DNA from: Hyphomonadaceae bacterium
GTDB lineage: Bacteria; Pseudomonadota; Alphaproteobacteria; Caulobacterales; Hyphomonadaceae
Length of the DNA: 64,000 nt
Assembly: GCA_030697555.1 (NCBI GenBank)
Contig: JAUYPV010000109.1
Span: forward strand, 7,227 to 71,226
Reading direction: 5' to 3'
Below, piece by piece: positions 47,910-60,296 of this stretch. The position numbers and the translations under genes are program-made. Under the pieces are notes generated by a model. That model saw only the letters and a program-made list of their open reading frames with translations, was not told the DNA's origin and did no database searches. The stretch's first letter is position 1; each line of letters starts with the position of its first letter.

Positions 47910-48044
47910 CTATTTCGCCTTTTCAGCCGCATCCTCGAGGGCGCCGCCAGCCTTCTCAACGTCCTGGCCGAAGCCTTTGACGGTATTGCAGGCCGATGCC
48001 AGCAGAGGCGCCGCGAGCACAAGAGCGATAAGCAGTTTACGCAT
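47910..48044 (-). CDS. Entericidin EcnA/B-type small lipoprotein (44 aa), not in the ORF track
   Basis: My own translation: MRKLLIALVLAAPLLASACNTVKGFGQDVEKAGGALEDAAEKAK. GGGGAGA lies 6 nt before the ATG. It is a paralogue of 47665..47805. Confidence 0.75.
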   Translation of the reverse strand: MRKLLIALVLAAPLLASACNTVKGFGQDVEKAGGALEDAAEKAK

Positions 48045-48115
48045 GGAGAATCTCCCCTGAGCTTGGTCCCCAAGGCTCGGAAGATGGCCTCCCGACGGGC
48101 TTAACGCAAGCTGGG

Positions 48116-48469
48116 TTACTTGCCCGGCTTGAAGGGTTTGCCGGTGTCGACCACCTCGACCTTCACAGGTTCAGCCACCACCTTCTTCGTTGTTTTCTTT
48201 GCAGGCGCCTTGGCGGCCACTTTCGTTGTTGTGGTCTTTGCAGCCGTACTCTTTGTGGGCGTGCTTTTGGCGGCGACCTTGGTCGGCGTGGTTTTCTTGG
48301 CGGCGGTCCGGGTCGCGGTCTGTTTCTTGACCGGCGCGGGCCGCGCCGCTTCGTTGGAGGCGCTGGTCAGCGCCGTGCCGACCGCAGCGACGTCCTGGCC
48401 AAAGCCGGCCACGGTGCTGCAGCCCACGAGCGCCAGGAGCGCGGTGCCGGCAATCAAAGCCCTGTGCAT
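48116..48469 (-). CDS. Entericidin-like lipoprotein head fused to a Lys/Thr/Ala/Pro-rich basic tail (117 aa)
   Basis: 'MHRALIAGTALLALVGCSTVAGFGQDVAAVG…', then 'AKKTTPTKVAAKSTPTKSTAAKTTTTKVAAKAPAKKTTKKV…'. GGAGG lies 6 nt before the ATG at 48469; the ORF extends to 48496. Confidence 0.7.
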   Translation of the reverse strand: MHRALIAGTALLALVGCSTVAGFGQDVAAVGTALTSASNEAARPAPVKKQTATRTAAKKTTPTKVAAKSTPTKSTAAKTTTTKVAAKAPAKKTTKKVVAEPVKVEVVDTGKPFKPGK

Positions 48470-48529
48470 GGTTTTCCTCCGCCAGTCTTGCGGCAAGCAT
48501 AGCAGCGGGCGAAACCAGCCAAATTACAA

Positions 48530-48907
48530 ATGATCAACGCGGGGACCATCATGCCTTTGGCCAACTGGGTGCCTATCGCGATGCTTGCGGCGTCCAACGT
48601 GTTCATGACCACGGCATGGTATGGCCACCTGAAGTTCAAGGACTCCCCGATCCTGCTGGCGATTTTCGTGAGCTGGGGCATCGCCTTCGTCGAATACTGC
48701 CTCGTCGTCCCGGCAAACCGGATGGGCAGCGCCGTCTATTCCACTGCCGAACTGAAGACGATCCAGGAAGTGATCACGCTGGTCGTGTTCGCGGTCTTCT
48801 CGGTCGTGGTGCTGAAGGAGTCTTTCACCCTGAAGCACGCGCTCGGTTTTGCCATCATCGCAATCGGCGCGGCGGTGATTTTCTACAAGCCCGGAATGTT
48901 CTCCTGA
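48530..48907 (+). CDS. DMT superfamily small membrane protein (DUF486-like)
   Basis: 125 aa with 4 TM segments. 'NVFMTTAWYGHLKFKD' is characteristic of the DUF486/DMT family, from memory. Confidence 0.75.
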   Translation: MINAGTIMPLANWVPIAMLAASNVFMTTAWYGHLKFKDSPILLAIFVSWGIAFVEYCLVVPANRMGSAVYSTAELKTIQEVITLVVFAVFSVVVLKESFTLKHALGFAIIAIGAAVIFYKPGMFS

Positions 48908-48946
48908 GGCCTCGCGACTCGGGGCGAAATCTGTTACGGGAGCCCC

Positions 48947-49609
48947 ATGAAAACAGGCGTCATCGTTTTCCCGGGCTCCAACTGCGACCGTGACGCGCAG
49001 ATGGCGCTGCGCCAAGTCACCGGGCGCGATCCGGCGATGGTCTGGCACAAGGATGGCGAGCTTCCCAAAGGCCTCGACCTGATCGTCCTGCCTGGCGGGT
49101 TTTCCTACGGCGACTATCTGCGCTCCGGCGCAATGGCGGCGGCGTCTCCTATCGGCGATGCGATCCGCGCCTATGTCGCCAAGGGTGGCTACCTGCTGGC
49201 GGTGTGCAACGGCTTCCAGGTGGCGACCGAGATGGGCCTGCTGCCGGGCGCGCTGCTGCGCAACGCCTCGCTCAACTTCGTCTGCCGGCCGCAGCCTCTG
49301 GCAATCACGTCCAACTCTTCGGCCTTCACGGCGGGCTACAAGTCACAGCGCGAAGTCTCGTTCCCCATCGCGCACCATGACGGCAACTACTACGCCGATG
49401 CGCTAACGCTCGACCGGCTGGAAGGCGAGGGGCGCGTGGCTTTCCGCTATCTCGGCAATCCCAACGGCTCGGCGCGCGATATCGCCGGCTTGCTGTCGGA
49501 GAACGGGCGCGTCCTCGGCATGATGCCTCACCCGGAGCGCGCGATGGGTGGCCAGGAAGGCGGCAATGACGGCCTCAAGCTGTTCGAAAGCCTGATGGTT
49601 GCGGCCTGA
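48947..49609 (+). CDS. purQ: Phosphoribosylformylglycinamidine synthase I (glutaminase subunit)
   Basis: '[12 protein letters not shown]…[10 protein letters not shown]…AVCNGFQ…MMPHPER' gives the class-I amidotransferase triad. Confidence 0.95.
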   Translation: MKTGVIVFPGSNCDRDAQMALRQVTGRDPAMVWHKDGELPKGLDLIVLPGGFSYGDYLRSGAMAAASPIGDAIRAYVAKGGYLLAVCNGFQVATEMGLLPGALLRNASLNFVCRPQPLAITSNSSAFTAGYKSQREVSFPIAHHDGNYYADALTLDRLEGEGRVAFRYLGNPNGSARDIAGLLSENGRVLGMMPHPERAMGGQEGGNDGLKLFESLMVAA

Positions 49610-49683
49610 AGGCCAGGCTCGCCCCGCGAGGGTGGCGCCATTGAATTCCGCAAACAGGAAGCGCGATATGCGGGCCTCTCCTC

Positions 49684-50079
49684 ATGCGAGGTCCGCTCAT
49701 GCGCCTGGTTGCTCCTCTTCTTCTCGTCGCGATGCTTTCGGCGCCAGCCTGGGCGCAGGTCCCACCCTCGATCGGGCCGACCTTCACCGAGAAGGCGGTC
49801 AACGCCGACGAGTTCGACGCAGTGTTCAACGTGAAGGTGACGATGGCGCCGACTACCGAGCTGCTGCTGGGCCAGACGCCGGACGCGCGGTTCGACGCCG
49901 TGGTGTGCAACATCGACGCTACCGGCGAGGGCTGGGTGAAGGTGAACCCCACGGCGCGCACGGGCGTGCTGAAGGCCGGCGAATGCACGATGTTCGCGAA
50001 CTTCGGCCGCATGAGCCTGACGCCGATAGACATCGAGCATCAGTGGACCGCGAAGGTTTTCCTGCGAGCGATCAGGTAG
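49684..50079 (+). CDS. Hypothetical secreted protein
   Basis: Signal peptide '…LLLVAMLSAPAWAQ' and two Cys residues in the mature part. No family recognised. Confidence 0.5.
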   Translation: MRGPLMRLVAPLLLVAMLSAPAWAQVPPSIGPTFTEKAVNADEFDAVFNVKVTMAPTTELLLGQTPDARFDAVVCNIDATGEGWVKVNPTARTGVLKAGECTMFANFGRMSLTPIDIEHQWTAKVFLRAIR

Positions 50080-50161
50080 GCTTGGCCAGGCCTGTCTCGC
50101 TGACTGAACCGATACACTCCTCCACGCGTACTGAGGCCGGATCCGGCTGGCGAGGTAGCGC

Positions 50162-51082
50162 GTGTTTCGTTCGATGCGGCTTGGGCTTGCGTCGCCCGCT
50201 CTTGTCGCGACGACCGCCTGCGCCAGCGTTCCCGCGGTGGATGTCTCGGCCATGAAGTTCGTCGAAGCCGCCGGGGTTCGCACGCACGTCGCCGAATGGG
50301 GGTCGGGGGAGTCCGTCCTCTTGATCCATGGCGCATCTTCCGACATCGGCGTCTGGGAGCCGACCATCGTGCCCGCGTTGAAGGACAGGTTCCGCGTCGC
50401 GGCCTATGACCGGCCGGGGATGGGTTTCACCGACCAGCGTCCCGCCGACGCCGGCAGACTCGACGTGCAGGCGAAGGTGGCAACCGGCGTCATCGAACAG
50501 CTCGGACTGACGAAGCCGATCGTGGTGGGGCATTCCTGGGGCGGGGCGGTGGCGCTGCGCCTGGCGCTCGACCGGCCCGATCTGGTCGGCGGCCTCGTGC
50601 TGATCGCGCCGGTCGCCTACCAATGGCCGGGCGGGGTGAGCTGGCACATCTACTGGTCGTCCAATCCGCTTGTCGGCGGACTGTTCAACAATGTGCTCGC
50701 GCCGCCCTTCAGCGAGAGCGCCGTGCGTTCCGGCCTGGCAGCGGCATTCGGGCCGAGCCCGGTCCCGGAAGGCTATTTCGAGAAAGCATCGTCCGTCCGC
50801 GTTGTGCGCCCTGCCGCCATGCGCGCCAACAGCCTCGATCTCATCGCCTCAAAGCGCGAGATCATCGCGCAGCAAGCGCGCTATCCGGAGATCAAGGTTC
50901 CAGTCGCGATCCTCGCGGGCGATAGCGACTCGGTGGTCTCCTCGACGATCCATGCGCTCAAGCTGGCGCAGACGCTTCCCAATGCGCGTATCGACGTGCT
51001 GCAGGGCGTTGGTCATCTTCCGCACGAGGCATCGCCCGAGCGCTTCGCCAAGCTGCTCGACTGGGTGAAGTCCGCGAAATAA
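50162..51082 (+). CDS. Alpha/beta hydrolase fold protein
   Basis: Nucleophile elbow 'GHSWGG', and a C-terminal 'GVGHLPHEE'-type His motif ('GVGHLPHEASP'). Confidence 0.85.
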   Translation: MFRSMRLGLASPALVATTACASVPAVDVSAMKFVEAAGVRTHVAEWGSGESVLLIHGASSDIGVWEPTIVPALKDRFRVAAYDRPGMGFTDQRPADAGRLDVQAKVATGVIEQLGLTKPIVVGHSWGGAVALRLALDRPDLVGGLVLIAPVAYQWPGGVSWHIYWSSNPLVGGLFNNVLAPPFSESAVRSGLAAAFGPSPVPEGYFEKASSVRVVRPAAMRANSLDLIASKREIIAQQARYPEIKVPVAILAGDSDSVVSSTIHALKLAQTLPNARIDVLQGVGHLPHEASPERFAKLLDWVKSAK

Positions 51083-51162
51083 GCCGCGCGATTCCGCCAC
51101 ATCCGCCTTGTCCCATGCGAAGCCACCGCTATCTTAGAATAATTCCAGTTTGGAGATTTCAG

Positions 51163-51630
51163 ATGGCCATCGACATTGGCATTGACGCCAAGACGCGGAA
51201 GAAAGTCGCGAACTCTCTCGAGCAGGTCCTCACCGACACGTACGCGCTCTACACCAAGACGCACGGCTATCACTGGAATGTGGAGGGGCCGCGCTTCTCC
51301 CAACTCCATCTCCTATTCGAGACGCAATACAATGAACTCTGGGCCTCGCTCGACCTGATGGCCGAGCGCATCCGCGCGTTGGGGCACTATGCGCCGTCGG
51401 GTGAGTCGATCGCAGGCAAGACGGTGATCAAGGCCGACAATGGCGTGCCGAATGAAGACCAGATGCTCGCGAACCTCGCCGCGGGCAACGAGGCTGTCGT
51501 GAAGGCGGCGCGCAACGCGCTGACGACTGCGGAAGAAGCCGGTGACCAGGCGACGGCCGACCTGATGACGCAGCGTGTCTCCGCTGGCGAGAAAGCCGCT
51601 TGGATGTTGCGGGCGCACGTCGCGAAATAG
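51163..51630 (+). CDS. dps: Dps family DNA-protection/ferritin-like protein
   Basis: 'LYTKTHGYHWNVEGPRFSQLHLLFE' are the ferroxidase-site motifs. GGAGA SD lies before the ATG at 51163. Confidence 0.92.
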   Translation: MAIDIGIDAKTRKKVANSLEQVLTDTYALYTKTHGYHWNVEGPRFSQLHLLFETQYNELWASLDLMAERIRALGHYAPSGESIAGKTVIKADNGVPNEDQMLANLAAGNEAVVKAARNALTTAEEAGDQATADLMTQRVSAGEKAAWMLRAHVAK

Positions 51631-51662
51631 AGCCATCCACTCCGTTCACGGGAAGACGCCCG

Positions 51663-52649
51663 TCAGCGATTTACCGCTTCCATGCCTAGCGGCGTGTAGC
51701 GCTGTCCGGCCACGCGTGCGGCCAGCGCGTCGAGGCGCTGGACCTGGCCGGGCGAGAGCCTGACATTGGCCGTATCGATATTTGTACGCAGGTTTTCGAG
51801 CTTCGTCGTGCCTGGGATCACGTGGATGTTGGGCGAGCGGCCCAGCACCCAGGCAAGCGCGATCTGCGCCGGCTTTCCGCCGATCTCGCCCGCGATCGAT
51901 TTGATCTCTTCGACTAGCGCGAGGTTGGCGGCGTAGTTGTCATCGTTGAAACGCGGCACCGCGCTGGCTCGGAAATCCTCGCCGGCCGGTTTCTCGTCCT
52001 TCCGCATCGCGCCGGTGAGCATGCCGCGGCCGACGGGTGAGTAGGCGACAAGGCTTGCGCCGACCTCCTTCATCGCCTCGAGCGGGCCTTTCTCCACATC
52101 GCGCGTGAAGATCGAGTATTCGGACTGCACGGCTGAGATCGTTGCGACTCTCGCGGCCTTGCGGAGCGTATCGGCGGAAGGTTCCGACAGGCCGATCATG
52201 CGGATCTTGCCTTCCTTCACCAGCTCGGCCATCGCGCCGACGCTTTCCTCGATCGGCGTCTTCGGGTCGACGCGGTGAAGGTAGTAGAGATCGATCACAT
52301 CGGTGCGCAGCCTTTTCAGCGAGCCTTCGACCGACTTCCGGCAATTGGCCGCCGTGCCGTCGACACCGAGCCGCCGCCCGGTCGCCGCGTCGAATTGCGG
52401 GCCCCACTTGGTGGCGATGAACACCTTGCTGCGCCGGTCGTGGAAGGCCTCGCCCAGCACCGCCTCGTTCCGGGTCAGCCCGTAGATCTCGGCTGTGTCG
52501 AAGTGCTCGACGCCGAGATCGATGGCGTCGTGGAGAAGCCTGGTTGCGGCGGCGGGTTCGAGCGGCGCGTTGTAGACGCCGGTGAGACCCATGCAGCCTA
52601 GTCCAATCGGCATCAACGACCGCCCGGTGCGGCCGACAGCGCGTTTCAT
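51663..52649 (-). CDS. Aldo/keto reductase
   Basis: 'MPIGLGCMGL…FDTAEIYG…','ATKWG','LYYLHRVD' are AKR motifs. The start is taken at MKRAVGRTG; the upstream part of the 447-aa ORF is Arg-rich with no support. Confidence 0.88.
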   Translation of the reverse strand: MKRAVGRTGRSLMPIGLGCMGLTGVYNAPLEPAAATRLLHDAIDLGVEHFDTAEIYGLTRNEAVLGEAFHDRRSKVFIATKWGPQFDAATGRRLGVDGTAANCRKSVEGSLKRLRTDVIDLYYLHRVDPKTPIEESVGAMAELVKEGKIRMIGLSEPSADTLRKAARVATISAVQSEYSIFTRDVEKGPLEAMKEVGASLVAYSPVGRGMLTGAMRKDEKPAGEDFRASAVPRFNDDNYAANLALVEEIKSIAGEIGGKPAQIALAWVLGRSPNIHVIPGTTKLENLRTNIDTANVRLSPGQVQRLDALAARVAGQRYTPLGMEAVNR

Positions 52650-53024
52650 TGTGTCAGCTCCCCGAGTCGGACGTGTTTGTTTTGTTGAGAGTAAACTAGT
52701 TCGTATTTTCGCACGCGCAAAGAAACGCGCCGCACAAATTCGATGGGCCAACGCAGCATGTTTGCTGGTGGCGCCGTATACAGGTCCTGAAGACAGACGG
52801 CTCAGCGTTGAGCGCTTGCGAGTGTTTGGCGCGCGACGTTTCGGTCCATTGTTCACGAGTCCGCATCGCCTTGGAGCGCCACTCCCGAGTCGTCGTCTTC
52901 CGCGGCGCCGATCCTGCCGCCATCTTCGAGCACTACACGATTGTGAGAGCGCCATCGGCGGTCTGGAATGTGATCCTTCCGGGATTGATCGACTCAGCGG
53001 CTGCAAAACGCGCCGGGATCGTCG

Positions 53025-53645
53025 TCAGCTCAACCCGAGCAGCGGTCGCGGATCGGGACAGATGGAAAGCCAGCGGTCCTGCTCGCTGCGCTTGGCGACG
53101 CCGGGATAGTCGCCGCGCGCCTTGCCGATGTCGAGGATGACCTGGAAGTGCAGGTGAGGCGGCCAGCCGCCATTCTCGCGCTTGGTGCCGAGCGAGGCGA
53201 AGCGCTCGCCCGCCATGAAGGCTGTGCCGGGTTTGAGGCCCTTCAGGCTGTCGCGGCTGAGATGGCCGTACAGTGTGTGGAATTTCTCGGGTCCGGCCTG
53301 GTGTTCGAGGATGATCGTAGGCCCGTAGTCGCCGGGATTGTCATTGATCTGGCTGGAATGCACGCGGCTGCTGAGCGGCGCGAACACGTCCGCGCCGGCA
53401 GGCGCGAAGATATCGATGCCGAGATGCACGGTGCGGGGCTCTTCGCCCTCGGGCGCGAACAGTGGCTGGGTGTACAGCGTGCGGTCTTCGGCATAGCCGC
53501 CGGCGCGCAATGGCTCGCCGGCGCGAACCTCGGCATCGGTGAGCGCGCCCTGTGTCACACGCCCGGAATGAATCCCGGCGATAATCTCGATGCCTGTCTC
53601 GCGCTGGGCGGCGACCCATTTTGCGAAAGCATCGGAGGTCATCAT
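53025..53645 (-). CDS. M23 (LytM-type) peptidase-domain protein without a recognisable signal peptide
   Basis: 'HLGIDIF' (HxxxD) and 'PHLHFQV' (HxH). ATGA overlap with the upstream gene. Confidence 0.75.
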   Translation of the reverse strand: MMTSDAFAKWVAAQRETGIEIIAGIHSGRVTQGALTDAEVRAGEPLRAGGYAEDRTLYTQPLFAPEGEEPRTVHLGIDIFAPAGADVFAPLSSRVHSSQINDNPGDYGPTIILEHQAGPEKFHTLYGHLSRDSLKGLKPGTAFMAGERFASLGTKRENGGWPPHLHFQVILDIGKARGDYPGVAKRSEQDRWLSICPDPRPLLGLS

Positions 53646-54307
53646 GGGATCGGTGTATCCACAGTGGGTTCGTTCAGCGACAGGCAGGGCGCGAGGTCTT
53701 TCAATGTCTTCTCGACCCAGTCGGCCGTCGGGGTACCCACGTTGGTGGTGAAGGTCGTCCGGAACTTATTGCCGATATTGTCGCTCGGATAGGATTGCCC
53801 GCCGGCCCATACCTCGACCCCAGCGCCATCCATGGTGACGGACAGCGAGCCATTGCGCACGGGACCATCGCCGGCGAATTTTGGCGACATCGCACGCTCC
53901 AGCCCCTCGATCGCGGGCAGGAGGGTGGGGCACGTCTTCTGGTCGGCCCACATCGGCGGGGGCTGCGGCTTGTCTGAATACCCAGGCACCTGCTGCACGC
54001 GTGCGTAGAAGTGAGGCGCGGCAGTCTGCGGGCGCTCGTCCAGCGCCCGCGTCATGCGCTGTTCGCGCGTGAGGGTCCGTGGTGCGAGCTTCGGCGTCAG
54101 CCGATAGAGCACGATGTTGGCGCAGTTACGGGCGAGGGCGTAGCTGATCGTTGCGCCTGCAAACGGCGCTTCACCATCAAGCTTCTGGCCACGAGCATCG
54201 CCACAGGGCGTCTGCGCCAATGCGGCGGGGGCAATCAAGACTGCCGCCAATGCGGCGGGGACTCTCAGCCCGGCCCTTTGCAAACCAATGGCCCAACTCA
54301 CAGGCAC
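53642..54307 (-). CDS. Hypothetical secreted protein
   Basis: Signal-like 'AALAAVLIAPAALAQ' and four Cys residues. No family recognised. Confidence 0.5.
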   Translation of the reverse strand: MPVSWAIGLQRAGLRVPAALAAVLIAPAALAQTPCGDARGQKLDGEAPFAGATISYALARNCANIVLYRLTPKLAPRTLTREQRMTRALDERPQTAAPHFYARVQQVPGYSDKPQPPPMWADQKTCPTLLPAIEGLERAMSPKFAGDGPVRNGSLSVTMDGAGVEVWAGGQSYPSDNIGNKFRTTFTTNVGTPTADWVEKTLKDLAPCLSLNEPTVDTPIP

Positions 54308-54316
54308 CTCCGAGGT

Positions 54317-55285
54317 TTACTCGGCCGCGACCTTAGCATGATTGGGCAAACCTTCGAGATACTTCTCGGCTTCCAGCGCGGCCATGCAGCCGAGGCCGGC
54401 AGCGGTCACTGCCTGGCGGAAGATGTCGTCCGCCACGTCGCCCGCCGCGTAGACGCCGGGGATTGATGTCTCGGTCGAGCCGGGCCTCACCTTCAGATAG
54501 CCGCCCTGCCTCATCTCCAGCTGTTCGGTGAACAGCTGCGTCTGCGGCGTGTGGCCGATGGCGATGAAGATGCCGTGGACGGGCACTTCGGTCTCGACGC
54601 CGGTCTTGCAGTTGCGCAGCTTCGCCCTGGTGACGCTCAACGGGCCTTCAGTGCCGATCACGTCGGCAAGCTCGGTGTCCCACAGCACCTGGACTTTCGG
54701 GTTCTTGAACAGGCGATCCTGCAAAATCTTCTCGGCGCGGAAGTGGTCGCGGCGATGCACGACCGTCACCTTCGAAGCGAAGTGCGTGAGGTGCAGTGCT
54801 TCTTCCACGGCGGTATTGCCGCCGCCGACGACGATGACTTCCTTCTGGCGGTAGAAGAACGCATCGCACGTGGCGCAGGCGGAGACGCCGAAGCCCTTGA
54901 ATTTTTCTTCGCTCGGCAGCCCCAGCCATTTCGCCTGCGCGCCCGTCGCAATGACCAGCACGTCGCAGGTGTAGACCTGGCCCGAGTCGCCGGTGAGGCG
55001 GAACGGTTTCACTTTCAGCTCGGCCTTGATGATGTGGTCTTCTACCAACTCGGTGCCGACGTGGATCGCCTGGGCGCGCATCTGCTCCATCAGCCAGGGG
55101 CCCTGGATGACGTCGGCGAAGCCCGGATAGTTCTCGACATCGGTGGTGATGGTGAGCTGCCCGCCCGGCTGGATGCCGGCGATCAGCATCGGCTTGCGCA
55201 GCGCCCGCGCCGCATAGATGGCGGCGGTATAACCGGCCGGCCCCGAGCCGAGGATGATGATCTGCGAATGGCGTGCGGCGGTCAT
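54317..55285 (-). CDS. trxB: Thioredoxin-disulfide reductase
   Basis: FAD motif 'IILGSGPAGYTAA', redox centre 'CATCDAFF', NADPH motif 'VVGGGNTAVEEA'. Confidence 0.96.
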   Translation of the reverse strand: MTAARHSQIIILGSGPAGYTAAIYAARALRKPMLIAGIQPGGQLTITTDVENYPGFADVIQGPWLMEQMRAQAIHVGTELVEDHIIKAELKVKPFRLTGDSGQVYTCDVLVIATGAQAKWLGLPSEEKFKGFGVSACATCDAFFYRQKEVIVVGGGNTAVEEALHLTHFASKVTVVHRRDHFRAEKILQDRLFKNPKVQVLWDTELADVIGTEGPLSVTRAKLRNCKTGVETEVPVHGIFIAIGHTPQTQLFTEQLEMRQGGYLKVRPGSTETSIPGVYAAGDVADDIFRQAVTAAGLGCMAALEAEKYLEGLPNHAKVAAE

Positions 55286-55416
55286 GTCGTATCCTGTGCT
55301 GGCCCTTCCTAGCTTCCTCGCCGGGAAGGCGAAATGGGCAGGATGTCGCCAGCGACCTTATTCTGGGGATGCGGGACCTTGCGAATAAGGGGCCAGGGCG
55401 ACCTCATTGGCACACT

Positions 55417-56445
55417 TCAGTTTTTCTGCGGTCTGGGGTGCTTGCCCAGCACGAGTTTGACGATCTCGTCGGCCGCCCGGGCGGCTTCGCGGATGGGCGT
55501 GTAGGCCCAGCTATCCAGCTCGCCGGTGAACCACCTGGCGGCGCCGTGGTCGATGAAGCCCTGGTGTAGCCGGTCGAACCGTTCCGACTCGCCTGTCAGG
55601 GGCAGGATGTGGATGGGCTTTCCGAAGAAGGCCGGGTCGGCGATCAGATTGGCGCTGTCCTCGGTCACCAGCGCGACGTCGCACATGGACAGCCAGGCGA
55701 CGTAGGGATTGGGACCGTCCTGTTCTTCATCTTCCCAGAACGATGCGCCGATCTTCGGCGCGAGTTCCCGGAACAGCTCGCGAGCGCCTTCCGGTGTACG
55801 GCGCGACACGCTGATCCAGAGCTGACGGCCCGGCGCTAGCTTCGTCAGCAGCGCTTCGATCCGCTTGGCGTCCGGTTCGGTGAAGCTGTGCGTCTTCGAA
55901 TGCCCGCCCAGGGATACGAGCACCTTCTGTCCCGGCTTGTCGTTGAGGGATGCAAATTTCGCCTGCGCTTGCGCCACGCGTTCTTTCGAAAACCAGGTCG
56001 GCGGGCCGATGATCGGGAACACGTTCGGGCCCATCAGGCCGTCATGCTTCGGCGGGATCACCAGATCGAACGGATCGAGGTCGACACGCGGATCCTGCGT
56101 CTGCACCACCAGCGTTTGTTCTTCGGACAGCTCCTGCATCATCATCGAATAGGGGATGGAGCGCCGACCGGCCGCGATCCAGACTGTCGGCCACGGCGGC
56201 ACAAGCAGCTCGCGCTGCGCCTTCGGCAGCGCCGCCAACGGTTTCGGCCATTTGTCCGGCGGCAGCAGCAGTTGTGGGCCGCCGGGCTGCAGCAGCAGTG
56301 GTTCGTCCCGGTGCGCGTCCGATTGGATATGCGCCATTTTCGCCGCGCGCTCGGGTTCGAGCAGCGCAGCCCACAGCGCCTTCACCTGGTTGAGGATGCC
56401 GGCGCGCCCGTCGGCGACCGCCCAGACCGAAGGCCCGGCCTTCAT
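55417..56445 (-). CDS. ELM1/DUF1022 family putative glycosyltransferase
   Basis: '[18 protein letters not shown]' N-terminus, and the overall length is like the ELM1/GtrOC1-type family (from memory). ATGA overlap with greA. Confidence 0.65.
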   Translation of the reverse strand: MKAGPSVWAVADGRAGILNQVKALWAALLEPERAAKMAHIQSDAHRDEPLLLQPGGPQLLLPPDKWPKPLAALPKAQRELLVPPWPTVWIAAGRRSIPYSMMMQELSEEQTLVVQTQDPRVDLDPFDLVIPPKHDGLMGPNVFPIIGPPTWFSKERVAQAQAKFASLNDKPGQKVLVSLGGHSKTHSFTEPDAKRIEALLTKLAPGRQLWISVSRRTPEGARELFRELAPKIGASFWEDEEQDGPNPYVAWLSMCDVALVTEDSANLIADPAFFGKPIHILPLTGESERFDRLHQGFIDHGAARWFTGELDSWAYTPIREAARAADEIVKLVLGKHPRPQKN

Positions 56446-56915
56446 TTCCAGCTAATGGAAACGATCTCGAACGACTTGGCGCCGCCCGGGGCAGAGACGT
56501 CCGCCGTGTCGCCTTCTTCCTTACCGATCATCGCGCGGGCGATGGGCGAGGAGATGGAAATCTTCTTCTTGGCGACATCGGCCTCGTCCTCGCCGACGAT
56601 CTTGTAGACGAAGGTGTCGCCCGTATCCTCGTCCTTCACCTTGACGGTGGCGCCGAACTTCACGGTCGTGCCTCTAAGCCGGGACGTGTCGATCACCTCG
56701 GCGCGCGACAGCTTGTCTTCGAGTTCCAGCACGCGGCCTTCGATGAAGCTCTGCTTGTCCTTGGCGGCATGATACTCCGCATTTTCCGAGAGATCGCCAT
56801 GGCTGCGCGCTTCCGCAATCGCCGCGATGATCGCCGGGCGTTCCTCGGACTTCAAGATTTTCAATTCGGCATGGAGGGCCTGGAAGCCGTCCGCCGTCAT
56901 GGGAATGCGCTGCAT
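56442..56915 (-). CDS. greA: Transcription elongation factor GreA
   Basis: '[20 protein letters not shown]' coiled-coil tip and '[14 protein letters not shown]' C-terminal domain. Confidence 0.96.
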   Translation of the reverse strand: MQRIPMTADGFQALHAELKILKSEERPAIIAAIAEARSHGDLSENAEYHAAKDKQSFIEGRVLELEDKLSRAEVIDTSRLRGTTVKFGATVKVKDEDTGDTFVYKIVGEDEADVAKKKISISSPIARAMIGKEEGDTADVSAPGGAKSFEIVSISWK

Positions 56916-56990
56916 AGTAGTCCTGTTTCAATGCCCGAAATTACACGGAATCGTTCGTGATGGTCGCAACACCGACGCGATCACGAACAT

Positions 56991-60296
<3,306 letters not shown>

